DNA of 64,000 nucleotides from Anthoceros angustus (GCA_010909165.1 MU008157.1:62001-126000); one strand, 5' to 3'; shown: positions 1 to 14,630, counted from the first letter of the stretch. The notes: a model not told the origin generated them from the sequence alone. Translations and numbers: made by a program.

Positions 1-2175
1 CAGTCAAGAGGCGGCGAGCAGGTAAAGGAGGAAAATAAAGGGAAATGGCAAGTTGCTCCCCTGTGCAGGATGAATCGCCGCTAGGGAGAATGGGCGGGGA
101 AGAGGCAAGCACCAACCCCTAGAGAGGAGGGGTTAACTTGGGAGACCAAGCAGCTCCGGACATTTTGGCGACATTTCACCGCCCTGAGGTGGGGATAGGA
201 GACACCGCGCGAGAATTGTTGTGGAGGCGGATGGGCAAGGGACAGCCCAATTTGGGGATTTGCGGTTTGACTTCCATGGCCATGCACAGGCGGATCTCCT
301 CGATCAAGCACCATGGCTCTCACTTGGTGAGTGTGCAAGGCCAGGAGAAGTTGCTCAAGGAGAAGTTGGAAAGCCAGGCGAGAGCAAGGCGGCCGAGGCA
401 GACGGAGGGTGGCGGCCTTATGCAAGGCAAGGAGCAGTTAAGGGACATGTCCACTCGCAGAAGCTTTAGTAAATCAGTCAAGGGGCGCATGCTACAATTG
501 AAGAGCTTCAAGATGAGGTCTCGCGAGTCCAGGAGCGGTGGAAGCGATGGCGCCTTGGAGAAATTCAAGAACGCGGAGGTACAAGCGGGAAGAGGAGAAG
601 CTAGGGCCGAGTCAAGAGAGAGGTGGCCAAACCAAGAAAGGCCGAGCCCACCGCAGAGCCAACAACCACCGTGGAAGACCACCACGGTGGCTAAACCAAC
701 CACCGTGGAACGGGAACCGAGGTGGGGAAGTCACCGGCGAGTGTCGCAGATGGAGGGACAGATCCGAGAATCACAGCACCGCCCGATTGTCCACGGAGGA
801 GAGGGTAAGGACCTCTGATCGGAAGGCGTATTGTGCTACGTCCGGATGAGGATGCTCATGTCCCGGCTTCACGCATGGTGAGCGTGCTCACTCTAAACGT
901 GTATGTGGTTGTTGGGACAGAGGGGCGTAAACTCGGTCAGACATCTTGACCGCCACAGGCGTTTATGGTTCCTTCAGTAGGAGCGGGCGCCTATCCTCCG
1001 CAAGTGGTGCCGGAAGAGATGAGCGCGAGGCCGAGCATGGAGGGAGGAAGCAGTATGGTTGTCCAAATGAGGAGGAGCGGGACAATGGACATAGAGGCAG
1101 GCGCGTCCGCGGGAAGGCGCGAGGGAAATTCAGCGGTGAGTGGTGGAGGTTGTGGGGAAAATCGCTCGGATCGGGCGAGGCCGAGCGAGAGGGGTCCCCA
1201 TGGGCCGTGGGGCGAGGCAGAATCGCGGAGGGCGGATTTTAGAGTCGCGATAGCCTAGGACCGGGTTTCCTTTTCGGGGGATAGGGAGTTCCATCACCGT
1301 AGAGCTGTTGCTTAGATTGGTAAGGCGCCGTGGTAGGAGCTACAATTTTAGACACTAAAGAAGTGAGTGTGTTGGACCACCGGATGTATAAGAGACCCTT
1401 TGGGTGTCTCTCAAGGCGACGATTTGTGTGAACTTCCGTGTATCGAACCGTGGGGTTGATTGGAGCGTCAGATCAAACGGGTTCGGAGCGTCTTCGTCAC
1501 AAGAAGGCCGGAAGATCTCTGGATGGTCGAGAGCGGAGTGGCCAAGCTCCACGCCTGGGGAGTAGGAAGGTGGCGTGCCGAAAAAGAGGTAGGAATTGCG
1601 CGGAGGAAGGTGGGCGGGCGAATCGAAGCACCACCGGGTTTTCTTCCCGATCCTCTTTCCAACTGCGCCACTGTGTGTGTTCATTCCATGAGAGAGGGGT
1701 CGTGTGGCCCAAGGAGGTCTGTGGCCCAAGGGGGGGTCGTGTGGCCCGTGAGACGAGGGAGAGTTCATTGGGAAGGGAAAGGTTCCGGAGTAGATGAGTT
1801 GTGGGAGGGATTGTGAGAGTGTGTGAGGGAAAATCGGAAACGTGAGGGGCGTGTGGTGGAATCGCGAAATTCCGTAAGTGAGGCGTATAGGTGTCCTGAT
1901 AGCCCCTAGGTCCGTGTTAGAGAAGCCGGTGTGAATAGACTCCCGAAGGCGGCCTGTGGTGGGCCACGTGGCGAACCCAGCTGGCCGAGTCTACCACGGT
2001 GGTGGGTTTGGGCGTAGCGGAGAAGGTGGGGTGAGCGACGGGGTAGGTCTAGAATCCATAGATTTAGCACACCTTGACACAACACCATTCCCTTGGGATC
2101 GAATCCTAGGACTATAACGACATAGAGGGTAAATGTGGCCTCTTTGCGTCTTCGGATGCAAAAACCCATTCCACA
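1..2175 (-). mobile_element. Highly degenerate LINE-like non-LTR retrotransposon (ORF1 and ORF2 remnants), running off the window start
   Basis: Minus-strand translation gives a Pro/Ser-rich ORF1-like start (MDSRPTPSLTPPSP), an endonuclease-start-like TFRVSTL near 885-900, and an RT-like GSNLPFPFIFLLYL near 20-65 (cf. QGCPLSPLLF). It abuts and truncates the tandem unit at ~2175. Motifs are weak. Confidence 0.4.
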
Positions 2176-3329
2176 CATTCTCCAACAAATTGCCTCAAGA
2201 TCCGCCACCACACAACTACACCTATGCCAAACATAAAATCTAACAACTACAAAACTCCTTCTTGGCACTAAAACACTAGCACCAACAAGCCAAAGACATC
2301 AAAATCAGCCGCTACCCCACTCAAACTCGATCGCTCTGGCTCCTTCATGCGAGCCTCCACTATCTCGCATACAAAGAAAAGCCATGCCCTTTCAACCATG
2401 GCATCCTTGCTACAAGCATCTTCCATAACCCTAGAGGAAGAGGGTTTCCTTCTTTCTTCTCCATCCCACCTATCATGGCGCCTCATCATCATACTCCATC
2501 GCCTCCCTTGAGCGCCCCTATCGACCCACCACCTGCTCCACTCCTTGGGCATCCGCCGCCCAACACCATCTCCACTCTTTGTAATGCCACCTCGTCGCAC
2601 CACCATCCGGACTCACGGAGGTAAGGCCACCCCTACACCTCGGTAGGGCCGCCTATTCGTCCCTACACTTATAAGATAACTCTATTGGAGGCATTAGCCC
2701 TCACGCCTCCACTTACACCAACTCGGATCATCGGTCAACCACTTCCTACTCGAGGTTAGCCCCTTCTACCTAATTAGTTTTCCTACATCCTCCTGGGAGC
2801 CAAGTTCCTACAAGATTTCCCATTTTAGCCAATGTAACCCCCAAAATTAGTATTACGCATGACAATTCTCTTCCACTTCACTCTAGTTCTCTCGGTTTGC
2901 TCCAAATTAATCCCTTTGATCCAAAAAGTAGAAGTGCCCAAACTTTTTGCCCTGAAGCCATCCGAGCATTGTGGGCGATGGTGAGCCAAGGCACGCGCCA
3001 TAATTTTGCGGGTTAGAGCCTCAAGATCGTCACGAGCCCCGATTCGGGCTTGTGCAACTTGATTCAAGCTACAACCCGAATGCAGGAGATCTCTGCACTC
3101 TCTAAGACCACACCAATCTTGAGAAAATCTTTTCCAAGTGCATGAAATCACCGATACGGCAAAAGCAGAATGTCGGCGAGCAAGTCAAGAATCGTAATAT
3201 ACAAGCTAGTACGATAATAAAGTATTATTAAGGAAATGAATGGTATGTACAGTCCAAATGTTGCCACGTTAGCGGAATCAACCTCCATCACCTCTACTAG
3301 CTAGACGAACAATGGTAGCCAAACAACCA

Positions 3330-3470
3330 ATTCCGTGCGGTTCTTGCGCCCATGTTCCACAAAAAAAGGAGCGATCGTGATGGTGCGCAACCACCACCAT
3401 CTTGGTTGTGAAGCTCGCGATGCACCAACCCTTCTTCAATGTGGCTCGCGGAAGCATGCCGCTTGTAGCG
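3330..3470 (+). pseudogene. RING-HC-like C-terminus of a frameshifted gene in the tandem unit (also ~7968-8110 and ~20595-20730)
   Basis: Joining frames across the copies gives IPCGSCAHVPQKGAIVMV(PC)NHHHLGCEA(C)DAPTLLQCG, i.e. a CxxC...PCxH...CxxC spacing. This reading requires inferred indel repair. Confidence 0.4.
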
Positions 3471-4498
3471 CCATATACAATAATATCATGAATATGCAGA
3501 TTGAAAGGACTACATACATCGGAGGTTGTGGAGGATGCATCACGTGTCATATAGACTATAGTCTAGAGCTTATTGATGACATTTTGTTTTGGTGATTAAA
3601 AGTAAGAAATTTAGGTGTCCAACACATAACTCTAAAAGAGAAGGTATTTCTTTTTAGTACAAGCTATAGGCTAGAGCTCATTGATGACATTTTGTTTTGG
3701 TGGCATAAAAGTAAGAAACTTAGATGTCCAACAAATAAGTCTAAAAGAGAAGGTATCTTTTACTACATAAAGTCTTTGTTGCTCTTCATTTATAAAAGAA
3801 AAAAATAAGGTATCTAGAATAGATGCATCCAACAATAACATCTAAAATGGAAGTCACCTAGATTAAGGTGTTAAAGAAAGAAATCTAAACATGAAATTGC
3901 CTAGATTAGAGGTGTACAAGAAAGAAAACTAAAAATAAAAATTGCTTAGATTAGACGTGTCAAGAAAGAAATCTAGAGATTAGAATGAGAAAATGCTAGA
4001 AGGTATTTATAAGGAAAGATTACAAGAATGGAAGTAGCTTCTTAATAAAAGAGCTCTTGGAGGTATAAATATTGAAACCACGTCATACATTCAAACATTC
4101 ATTTGTAAGATTTACCCCGCATGTCTTCAAGTTAGTTGTGGACTTAGAGCTTTGCCCTTTGTATGAGATGTTGTTTTTTTTCTCCTTGAGCAAAAGATAT
4201 ATTAGATTTTATTATGATATGTGATGTAACTTACTTAACTCAAGAGAAGCTCTCGTTTCAGCAAGTATTTCATATATTGAGATTTACTTTTGAACTAGGT
4301 CTATTTTTGTGTGCGCTTGGACCAAAGCGTACTTTATAATATTTCTTCGCTTTTTTCCTTGAAGAAAAAAATTATTGACTTTTATTATGGTGTGTGACAT
4401 AACTTCTTGAACTTGAGGGAAGGTCTCACGATAACAATAAGTTCGGAGAAATCTAAAATTAATTAAAATATATATACCAAAGCATTTAGCCTACCACA

Positions 4499-5299
4499 AT
4501 GACTTTGGCGGAACCACAAGTCGATGCACCTTTTATAAGACAAGTATGGGGTTACAATCTTGAGCAAGAATTAGACTTTATCCGGTTCCACATTATTGAT
4601 CAATATCGTATAATAAGTATAGATCTGAATTTCCGGGCATAGTGGTGGTGCCGATGCAAGTTATTACATAGAAGACTATGAATACCAAATGATCAAAGGT
4701 AATGTGATAGACTAAGGTTAATCCAACTAGGGCTTACATTTGCCGCGAAATGCAAAGCTGCCTTTTGTAAAGAAACAGTAAGTTTGGTATGGCAATTCAA
4801 TTTTAGAATCAACCTTGACCAAGATATGTATGCGTAAGATAGTATAAATCTTTTGCGTAATGATGGTATAGATTTCGATCAACACCGGATAATGGGCATA
4901 GATGTTCAACAGCTTTGACAGCTATTCAAACATACAACATATTACATAATCAAAATTTGCAATGGATTGGTTTCCACCCAACCCACGATTTTGCCTACTT
5001 GCTAAAAACCATCACAGTCAAGAATTACAGGAGACAAGAGAATTTCTTTGTTTTGTAGCTAATTATTTTCCTAATATATTTGACGTCAAATACATTATGT
5101 GTTGGACAAGTAGTTTAAGTATATTAGCAAAAGTACTACAGAGGAGAAGGGACTTGTCATCAAGGTGTCCAGATTCCTATTGACTTTTCATGTATTTCAT
5201 AAAATATGTGAAAAGTGGCCCATCTTTCAAGATGGACGCTTCATGTATTATAAGGATCAATTATACTGGATTAAGTCCATATAAAATATTTTAAAATAA
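4499..5299 (+). pseudogene. CAF1: CAF1/POP2 (CCR4-associated factor 1) DEDDh deadenylase, intronless and frameshifted, copy 1
   Basis: IRQVWGYNLEQELDFI, QMIKGN, LIQLGLT, VWQFNF, YFPNIFDVKYIM; colinear with copy 2. Confidence 0.85.
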
Positions 5300-5799
5300 A
5301 ATTATTTTATTAATGAACTTAGTTCTATAAACATATTTTATCTTACTATCATCATGTATTATCTAGCATAAATTCTTCAACCCTATCTGGAAGATGCATG
5401 TGTTCAATTGCTCTTTCTAACTCTACCATTGTCCCCAATGTGGAACGCATATTGATTTGGGCCCCTTTATCATTTTGATCTAGTTTGTTTCATTTTGGTT
5501 CCGATCCAAGGTGACCGCATCTATTAACGGTGCTTTTTTTGAGCCATTTAGGAAGTTTGGAACAAGGAGAGGAACTTAGAAGTTTCTCGTGGATAGGTAG
5601 ACTAGTTGGTAGGATAGAGGATGTCCTTCCCAAGTAGGTCGAGGTCGTATGCACACTTCGAATGTAGCGGACTTGGTCGACAAAAGGACTACCTAAGGCA
5701 ACCCACGACGACATAGTGTGTCACCGATTAACAAGACCCAGCATCGACTTATCTTAATCAAGATGCGCCAGAAGCTCAAGATGCGCCCACAACTTCATG

Positions 5800-6290
5800 A
5801 TCAAGGCGTGAGCTCGGCAGATAGCTGAGCGGCAGCGCTTGGGCATCCACGCAAGGCACACCTCCTATGTAACGCCGCGGTGCATGCTCACCGGTGCGGA
5901 CACACTCTCAGCACACGAGATCGGGTCTGGATGAAGCATAAAGTTAATCAAGTCAGACTCTCACAACTTCATTTCCACCATAGCCATACCATTCTGCAGT
6001 TTGAGACGAGTCGTGAAGGGCACGCCACAAGATGCGGCCAGTTAGACCTCCCTCGCCACTTTGGAGGTAGCGCCGAGGGCCTCAACTCGCTGACTTTCTC
6101 TCGCATCCTCGGTCGAGCTTGCGTGGCTTTTCCATCTTCACGATTACAGTTCGGCTCTTCCGACAGCTTCGGGAGCGCATCAGCTTAGGAGGCGTGCACG
6201 CAGATGCAGCAAAATTGCTGTGGCAAGCTCTAGCAGTGACGTGCATGCACAAACCGCGAGGGGGCGCGGACAACAAACGCCCATCGCCCC
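5800..6290 (-). pseudogene. Coiled-coil plus possible RING remnant (BOI/SBP1-like E3?), also at ~18230-18870
   Basis: Charged helical stretch DARKSAVDRLRATSKVAREVELLWRRATAL (copy 2), followed by the Cys-rich EVCLA...RCRSAICR (copy 1). Similarity judged by eye only. Confidence 0.25.
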
Positions 6291-8141
6291 GTGAGATAGC
6301 GTTTTGTGTTTTGCACCTCAGCCGCCACTAACGGGATAAGGTCCGAAAGTTAGGTCCGAGGGGCATATTGGAATCGCGTTGCTAAGCGTGACACTAACTC
6401 GTGGTTATGATCGATCGCGGGTTAACTTACATGAATAATGATTCATTAGGTTATTACGTTATTAGGTTTTAAAAGCTTACACTCACTTTTCTTTATTGTT
6501 TTATTAAACCCTAAATGCGATTATCTTTTGCCTACCCGCGTTCGTGCTCTGCTTTTCTTCTCAAGGATGAGGATGGTGATGTCTTAATTCCCTTTACCAA
6601 GGATCCTCGAGGTGTTTGATCATACACCAAGGAACATGAATTTGTATTCATTTGGAGCAGTCCTATTGCAGCGCACTCAACAAGCGGAGATTTCCTCGCA
6701 TGCGTTGTTGGGGTTTGTTAAACTTGGTGGTGGCCCCCAATAATCGCCTTTACCTGAAGCCTATCAACGCCGTGCAGCAACCTCAAGCTACTTCCTTGAC
6801 TTAATTTCTTTCAACCTCTACTCCTCATTCTCCAACAAATTGCCTCAAGATCCGCCACCACACAACTACACCTATGCCAAACATAAAATCTAACAACTAC
6901 AAAACTCCTTCTTGGCACTAAAACACCTAGCACCAACAAGCCAAAGACATCAAAATCAGCCGCTACCCCACTCAAACTCGATCGGCTCTTGGCTCCCTTC
7001 ATGCGAGCCTCCACTATCCGTGACAAAGCAAGCCATGCCTCTTGGCAACCATGGCATCCTTGCTACAAGCATCTTCCATAACCCTAGAGGAAGAGGGTTT
7101 CCCTTCTTTCTTCTCCATCTGCACCTATCATGGCGCCTCATCCTCATACTCCATCGCCTCCTCCCCTTCCACCACCTGGCTCCACTCCTTGGGCATCCGC
7201 ACCTTCTATCTCACTCTTTGTAATGCCACCTCTCGTCGCACCACCATCCGGGACCCTACGGAGGTAAGGCCACCCCTACATCGGTAGGGCCGGCCTATTC
7301 GTCCCTACACTTATAAGATAACTCTATTGGAGGCATTAGGCCTCACGCCTCCACTCACCAACTCGGATCATCGGTCAACCACTTCCTACCGAGGTTAGCC
7401 CTTCTACCTAATTAGTTTTCCTACATCCTACCTCTGGAGCCAAGTTCCTACAAGATTTCCATTTTACGCCAAACCCCCAAAATTAGTATTGATCGTATGA
7501 CAATTCTCTTCCACTTCACTCTAGTTCTCTCCGGTTTGCTCCAAATTAATCCCTTTGATCCAAAAAGTAGAAGTGCCCAAACTTTTCGTTCCACGAAGCC
7601 ATCCAGGAGCATTGAGTGGGGCGATGGTGAGCCAAGGCACGCCATAATTTGGTGGGTTGGGAGCCTCAAGATCGTCAGCCCGATTGAGCTTGTGCAACAA
7701 TTCAAGCTACAACCCGAATGGAGATCTCTTGCCGACTCTCTAAGACCACACCAATCTTGAGAAAATCTTTCCAAGTGCATGAAATACCGTGTCTGGCAAA
7801 ACAGGAATATCGGAGCAAGTCAAGAATCGAATATACAAGCTAGTACGTATAATAAAGTATTATTAAGGAAATGAATGGTATATACAGTCCGAATGTTGCC
7901 ACGTTAGCGAATCGAACCTCCATCACCTCTACTAGCTAGAACGAACAATGGTAGCCAAACAACTCAATTCCGTGCGGTTCTTGCGCCCATGTTCCACAAA
8001 AGGAGCAGATCGTGATGGTGCCGCAACCACCACCATCTTGGTTGTGAAGCTCGCGATGCACCAACCCTTCTTCAATGTGGCCTTTCGCCGGAAGCATGCC
8101 GCTACGAGTAGCGCCATATACAATAATATCATGAATATGCA

Positions 8142-8470
8142 TGTAAGCGGCATCATACGAGATGGGCGACTCCGGACACCAAGAGCGCGGAAAGCTGGGA
8201 ATTCGTGCCCCTTGGATCTTGGGAACGGGCTCAAGTAGCCCGCCTGTTCGAGCACGTGTTCAAATGTTGTTCCTGACTAGAGTTCGGCTAACTATGGTTA
8301 GTTGCCCCTAGGTTAGTCACTCACTCTAACTAACCTCTTGTTCTAGCTCTACTCGCTACCATGTATGCCGCCACGGCCTTCGGCGAGATCACTTGGCTCG
8401 GTCGGTGTCTACCATAGCACAGCATTGACTATGTCCTTCACGGCTGGAGCTTGCTCAATCCGCCGTGACA
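8142..8470 (-). repeat. 3' LTR (329 bp)
   Basis: tgtaagcggcatcatacgag...caatccgccgtgaca, matching 15625-15948. Confidence 0.95.
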
Positions 8471-8486
8471 TCCTCCTCCTTCCTCT
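8471..8486 (-). promoter_or_regulatory. Polypurine tract
   Basis: Minus strand AGAGGAAGGAGGAGGA immediately before the 3' LTR. Confidence 0.85.
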
Positions 8487-11400
8487 AGCTTTCCGCAGGA
8501 GGACTTGGGTCCAATCCATCCGTTCTGAACTTGGCCAAATGTTGGAAAGCGTCCACAAATGTTTCGAATTCCCAACTGGGTTCTTCTGGGTTGTCACCTT
8601 CCCAACTCACCAGGAATTCTCGGATGGTCCGTCCACGCAGGGCTCGCTCCCTTGTGGCTAGGATGGCTGCGGGCTGCAAGATAAGGGCATCTCCCACTTT
8701 GAAATTCTTGCGCTTGAGAGGCTGCCCTTCATGCTTACTCCTCCTCCTTCCTCAGAATGTCTTCTTTGGCGGTGGCTCTCCTTCTCTAAGGAGCTCGAAC
8801 TCGGTGAACTACGGTCTTCCTTCCCTCTCCTTGCTTGTTTTCTGCGGATGCCTCATCTAGAAAGCTGCATGATGGAAGGACTCCTACAAACTTCTTCAAC
8901 AAGGAAGCGTGGAAGGTCTTGCACATCTTCCAATGTCTTTGGCGAGTCTAGTTGATAAGCTCTGGAGACCTTCGCTAACGACAAATGGACCGACATACCT
9001 ATAAGCAAGCTTGGCCTTACCTTCCTGCGCTTGAGTACCTATTAGGCGCACTCTCGGCCACACTAGGTCGCCAACCTCGTCTTTCATCTCTTCGTTTCTT
9101 GTTGGCGTGCTTTGCTCTCGATCATTGATTGTTGCCATTCTCGCACTTCACGGAAATCTTGACGCATGCTCTCATTCATTTCGGTGATTGACCTTTGCAT
9201 CCACGCAACAGCCACACGGTGGTGGAATATTCTTTCCATGTCGACGAAAGGCGAATACCCGATTGCGGTGGCGGTGAGTTGTAAGCAAACTCGCAAGTGG
9301 CGCTTCTTCCCAATTCCTCGGCGTGGCGATGGAGAAATCCAAATCCTCCATCGTTTGGTTTTGCCTCTCTGGCGCGTCGGGAGGATGGTAAGCCGAGCTC
9401 AAACACCGCTTCATGCCCAAGCTTGCACAAAACTCCTTCCAAAAGCGGGGCAGAACTTTGCATCTCTATCGACACAATTTCTTGTGGCACACCATGCAGG
9501 CGAACTATCTCCTTCAAGAACAAAGGCACTAGTTACGTGGGCTTTGATCGTGCCCTTGACGGGAATAAAGTGAGCAAGCTTGGTGGCTCTGTCTGACACA
9601 CACACCCACACAGCGTCATGTCCTCTCTGCGTTCTCGGCAAGCATGTCACAAAATCACAAGTCATGCTGGCCCACTTCTCTGCTGGCACCTCTAACGGCA
9701 TAAGCAAGCCTGCTGGTGCTCTTCTCGCTTTGCTGATGCGACAAGGTAAGCACTCCTGCGTGTTGATGCCTTTGTTTCTTCATGCCTTGCCACCGGACAT
9801 GCTCCTTCAAGCGCGTCGTCTTATCTATCCCCATGCTGTTGGTGCATCATGGGCATCATGCAATAAGGAAAGCTTCAATTCCGAGCAACTCTCGGGTATG
9901 CATAACCTTCCCTTCTTGAACAAACATCCTTGGTGGATCTTTGTAGCGATCTCCAATTCCTCGGCCTGCCGATTGAGAGATCTTCTAGCCTCTGAGATCT
10001 TGCTCAAAGTAGCATCTTCAAGTAACTTGTGCCGCACTTCTCTCCATAAATTTGATTCTAACTTCAGTGTCATGTTGCTGCAGCGTAACCTGCTTAATGC
10101 ATCAGCAATCAAATTTGCTTTTCTGGACTATAAGAAATAAGCGTGGAAATCTCTCATCTACATCTTCTCGCCTCGGGTTCAAGAGCGCTTATAGAAGTGT
10201 TCCAAACTCCTATGATCTGTGAACACTGTGAATTCTGAGCCATACAAGTAATGTCGCCAAGTCTTCAGAGCATAAATTACTGCAAGCATCTCCTTGTCAT
10301 GTGTGCTGTAATTCTTCTCGGCACCTTGAAGCTTTCTGGACAGAAAACTTACATTTCTCCCTTCTTGTTGCAGCACAGCTCCCAAGGCATAATCTGATGC
10401 ATCAGTTCTCACTACGAAGGCTTTGTTGAGATCAGGCAAGGTCAAAATTGTGGTTGATGCTACAGCTCTCTTCAACTCTTCAAATGCTTGCTTTGCCAGC
10501 TCTGACATGGGGAACTTTGCATTCTTGCAGTCAAGTCATCAGCGACAATCCTTGCAAACCACGGAATGAAGCTCTTCATTTGGACAGTCATGCCGAAATT
10601 GTTGGAGCTCGATTAGGTCGCGAGTTGCGGCGATCGAGATGAGCTTCACTTTTCTGGTCAACTTCCACTCCATCGGTGAAACCACAAACCCCAAGTAGTT
10701 CACTTTGTTCTTAAAGAATTCACACTTCTTTTGTCTAGCAAATAGCTGGTTTTCCCTTAGTCTTGAACACTAACTCCAAGTGCTCCTTGTGCTCTCTCTG
10801 TTTTAGAGTAGACCAAGATGTGTCACAAATACCTCAACAAATTTCCCTAGATAGGGCCTCGAATCTTCATCATCAAGGTTGTGAAGTGGGCGCATTTGTC
10901 ATGCCAAAGGGCAGCAGAATTGGTGCCGTGCCTTGTTCAGGCGGACTTGTATTCATCTCCAGCCGAGATTTGGTGAAAGCCGCTCAAGATCAACCTTCGA
11001 AGACTCTAGCACCCACGAGGTTATCCAAAATCTCTTCTATCCTAGGCATTTGAAACCTATTCTTGATCGTGGATGCATTTAACCCTCTATAGTCAATGCA
11101 CATTCGATCTTGGTTTACGTGACTATGAGGCTGGAGCACATAAGGTGACGATTCCTCAATCAGCCCCTTCTTCATCCATCCACTGCGGCTTGAACCTCCA
11201 TGTTCTCGGGAGCTAGCACAGGTGGCACAGCTGCTGGCTTTGCTCAGCACCAGCTCGATGGCGTGGTCCACTTCTCTTCTTGGTGGCAGCCCCTTGCATT
11301 TACGAGAATACATCGCAACTTGGACAAAAGCTCAAACATCTCGGTGGTGCCTCTCCTTCTCTAGCTTGCTTTTCATCCACTTGCTCTAGGTGGTGAAAAG

Positions 11401-12800
11401 ACTGACATACTCTAGCTTTCCTTCCGGATAGCTCTTCTAGCATTTCTGGATGAAAACAATTTGCTGTCATGTTTTTGTGCAGCTCCATGTATCTCCAACT
11501 CCTTGCCTTTCCACTGCAAGCTCATCACGTGTCTCCTAAAAGATATGTTTGGATCTACTCTCCAAAGCCAATCTTGCCCAAGCAAAACCTTAGGAGCGAG
11601 TGCGTCAATGACTTCCAAGCGAATCTGGTCAGCATACCCTTGAAAACTAATCTCTGTCATTATCTCATGCACAACAATTTGCTCCACTGTTCCGTTGGCC
11701 AACTTCATCTGTTGATTTGTCTCATGCGTACCACATGGCTTCGGGGCATCTCGAGCTACTTGACTCTCACATAGGCGTGAGATGACCCACCATCGATAAG
11801 GAAGGATACCTTTTCCCTGGTCCTTCCACTGTGGGGCGATGCTTGAGGTGTTCACTCTCCTTCTTATCACTCTCCATTCTAGCATGTGTAGGTCCTTGCT
11901 TTTCAAATTCTATGTCGCCTTCCTTTACCGTGAGCTCATTTCCGGACTCACATGCATTAGCTTCTTGCATTGGCTTTCATCCTGCGGATCGGCTCCCTCC
12001 TCCCTCTCGGCCATTTCCCATACCCGATCCATATGGGATGCACAAATGTGATAGCAACTTTTTGACTAGTGTGTCTTTGTGGATCGGCAAGCTCTGGACC
12101 TCTAGGCTTCCAAGTGTGAGGGGTTGTACTTGGCTCCTTGAGCTTGGTATTGCACATGAAAACACACCTTGCGCCTCAGGCTTGTCCAAATTCTTGAGTT
12201 GTCACGGTTCTTGATCCGGCCCGGACTCCATAGTTCTCGGCGTCCATTGCAAAATGCATTGCCTATTCAACAGTGGTGCAGCGTTGTTGCTTAATCGAGC
12301 TTATACTCGCTTGATGGCATCGCGATGCACAGCGAGCTTTGCCTCCTGCTCTAGGTCTAGTATTTTGAGCATGGCCTTCATGAATTGCAAATGAAATTCT
12401 TCAAGTGTACCGTATGCTTGAGCGTACCTGACCAACACCTTTCTTTGTGATCCTTAGGCAAGAAATTGTGAAGAAGCTCTGCTTTTCATCACTTCCCATG
12501 GTATGGGCGGCTTCTCTCCACGCTTGACCTCTTTCTGTTCTCCCACCAGGCTCGCTAGATGGCTCGTGTAATGAGCTGCAAAATCCACCTTCTCCTTTTC
12601 TTGCATCTTGTTGCTTGAAATATGTGGTGAATGCTTGCGTCCTCACCGCAACTTACTCGGGCTCCTATCTTGGCGGTGAGCACCTCGAACTTAGCTCTCT
12701 TTCTCGGATCGTCATTTCGAGTTGGCTCGGGACCTTCATCGAATGACATCCCTTCTTTAGAAGCAAGGTCGGTACTGGGCTTGAGCTCTCTCATGCCTTG
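8485..12800 (-). pseudogene. gag-pol polyprotein (frameshifted) with C-terminal chromodomain
   Basis: RT: GLPPRREVDHAIELV, RMCIDYRGLN. RNase H: FVVRTDASDYALGAVLQQ...YSTHDKEMLAV. Integrase: WASMTCDFVTCLP, IVRLHGVP, AYHP. Chromodomain 8485-8697: ILATR...EFLVSWEG...EPSWE. Confidence 0.93.
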
Positions 12801-13775
12801 CAATTTCGAGCCTTTGGCTATCTCGATTTTGGGATCCTCTTGTTCTTCTGCGCTAGTCCTTGCACTCGAAAATTTTTCAATCTTGTTGGCGGGGTGTTGG
12901 TGGCAGTCCCGGTGATGTGGGCAACTCGCTTGCAGGCAAGCCTTCCATCTCTATTATCATTACATGCTTGAGCAGGCTCCGATTATCTTTGTCTTGTCAG
13001 GTGGGTCTGCATGACTTGTGCTAAAATGTTTCTCCAATTTCGCTCCTTCTCTTCATTACATGCAAGCAAATTTGCTAACAACTTCTCATCTTTGTTCCTT
13101 TTGTTCTTGCAACGTCCGATGCGAGCGACGAGCTTCGGCTTCCATCGTGCTTTGAATTGACGGACTGGATCATCGCCGTTCACCTCATCTCTCGGCACAT
13201 GCAACTCTTCTTGGACTAAGCTGGCATGTCCGAAGCATCTCACGTAAGGCCTTCTCCCTTTACGCATTTTGAGCCAAAATATCAGCCAAAAATTTTTAGT
13301 GCTTCTTCGATCTTGTAGGGTTCGTTGGATCATAGCACGAACTTGGCCTCAACACGGGATCGATTACGCTTCGTGTTGAGCCCACGTCGCATCAAATTCA
13401 CAGAGCTCGGCCTCTATCGCTCCATGTGTAGGCATAGGCGCGGGATCGGGCACCACGTCCTCCTCCTCAACTACTTCTTTCCTTGCGGCTCGGCCTCGTT
13501 TACGGCAGTTGCCTTCCCATCTTCTCTGCGAGGCTCGTGAGGATTTGCGAGGGCGGCCAATTTTCTTCTTAATGCCACCTCTAGGCGCGGTCCGCCTCGC
13601 GACCTCACAGCGCAAGCTCAACATCTGGGCTGGGGCCATATCGGCCATGGATCTCGCCGTCGGAGTCGTGAAGAAGCTCTTGCTATCCTCCATCGACCTC
13701 GTATGCCGCGTGATCCAAGCTAGAATATGCAGGGGCGGGTTATGCGGCTTATCCCGTTGTAAAATTGCCGTGCTC

Positions 13776-14630
13776 TCACACATGCACTGCGTTCGGATGT
13801 TGGACTCGGTTGTCACTTCTCCTACCGACTCGATCGACCTCGCCGATGTGGTCACTAGTGATCCACACTCCGATTGAAAGATCCAAGTGGTCACAATGAG
13901 GATTACGGTCGATTTTGGCACAAGCATGCAGCTCTTTCGCTCCCCCTTTGTCATGATAGCAATCGCACGAATTCATTGGCATGGAATGCGTGAGCATCAT
14001 TTCGTCGATCAAGCTGTCATTGATGTGCTTGGAAAACATATCAAGACAAACAAGTGCTGATCGGCTCTTGGCATGATCGTGCCACTCACGTCGCAACTTG
14101 GTGGCCAATTTGTCGCGACTTGACAATCTTCTCAACTTAGAATTGCGAGAGATTTCGACCCGTCTTTGCTCGCCCACAAACTCGCACTTCCACTTCAAGT
14201 TTGCACACATACTGCGTTGATGTTGGACTCGGTTGTCACTTCTCCTACCGACTCGATCGACCTCGCCGATGTGGTCACTAGTGATCCACTCGGTGATTGA
14301 AAGATCCAAGTGGTCACAATGAGGATTCGTCGATTTTGGCACAAGCATGCAGCTCTTTCGGCTCCTGTCATGATAGCAATCGACGAATTCATTGGCATGG
14401 AATGCGTGAGCATCATTTTCGATCAAAGCTCATTGATGTGCTTGGAAAACATATCAAGACAAACAGGTGCCTGAACGGCCAGCTCTTGGCATGAGCGTGC
14501 CCACTCACGTCGCAACTTGGTGGCCAATTTGTCGCGACAATCTTGCTGTCAACTTAGAATTGCGGAGATTTCACCCGTCTTTGCTCGCCCACAAACTCGC
14601 ACTTCCACAAACTCGCACTTCAAGTTTGGA
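13776..14630. repeat. ~430-bp tandem duplication inside the Gypsy 5' internal region
   Basis: gatgttggactcggttgtcacttctcctaccgactcgatcgacc occurs at ~13796 and ~14219 with colinear continuation. Confidence 0.9.

Noticed and set aside
138-1816. Plus-strand ORFs up to 226 aa at the window start
   Set aside because: Low-complexity antisense frames of the degenerate LINE-like element with no recognisable domain.
2085-2110. B-box-like GGATTCGATCCC on the minus strand near the LINE 5' end
   Set aside because: It does not fit the consensus, and no A-box or cloverleaf was found, so no tRNA or SINE is called.
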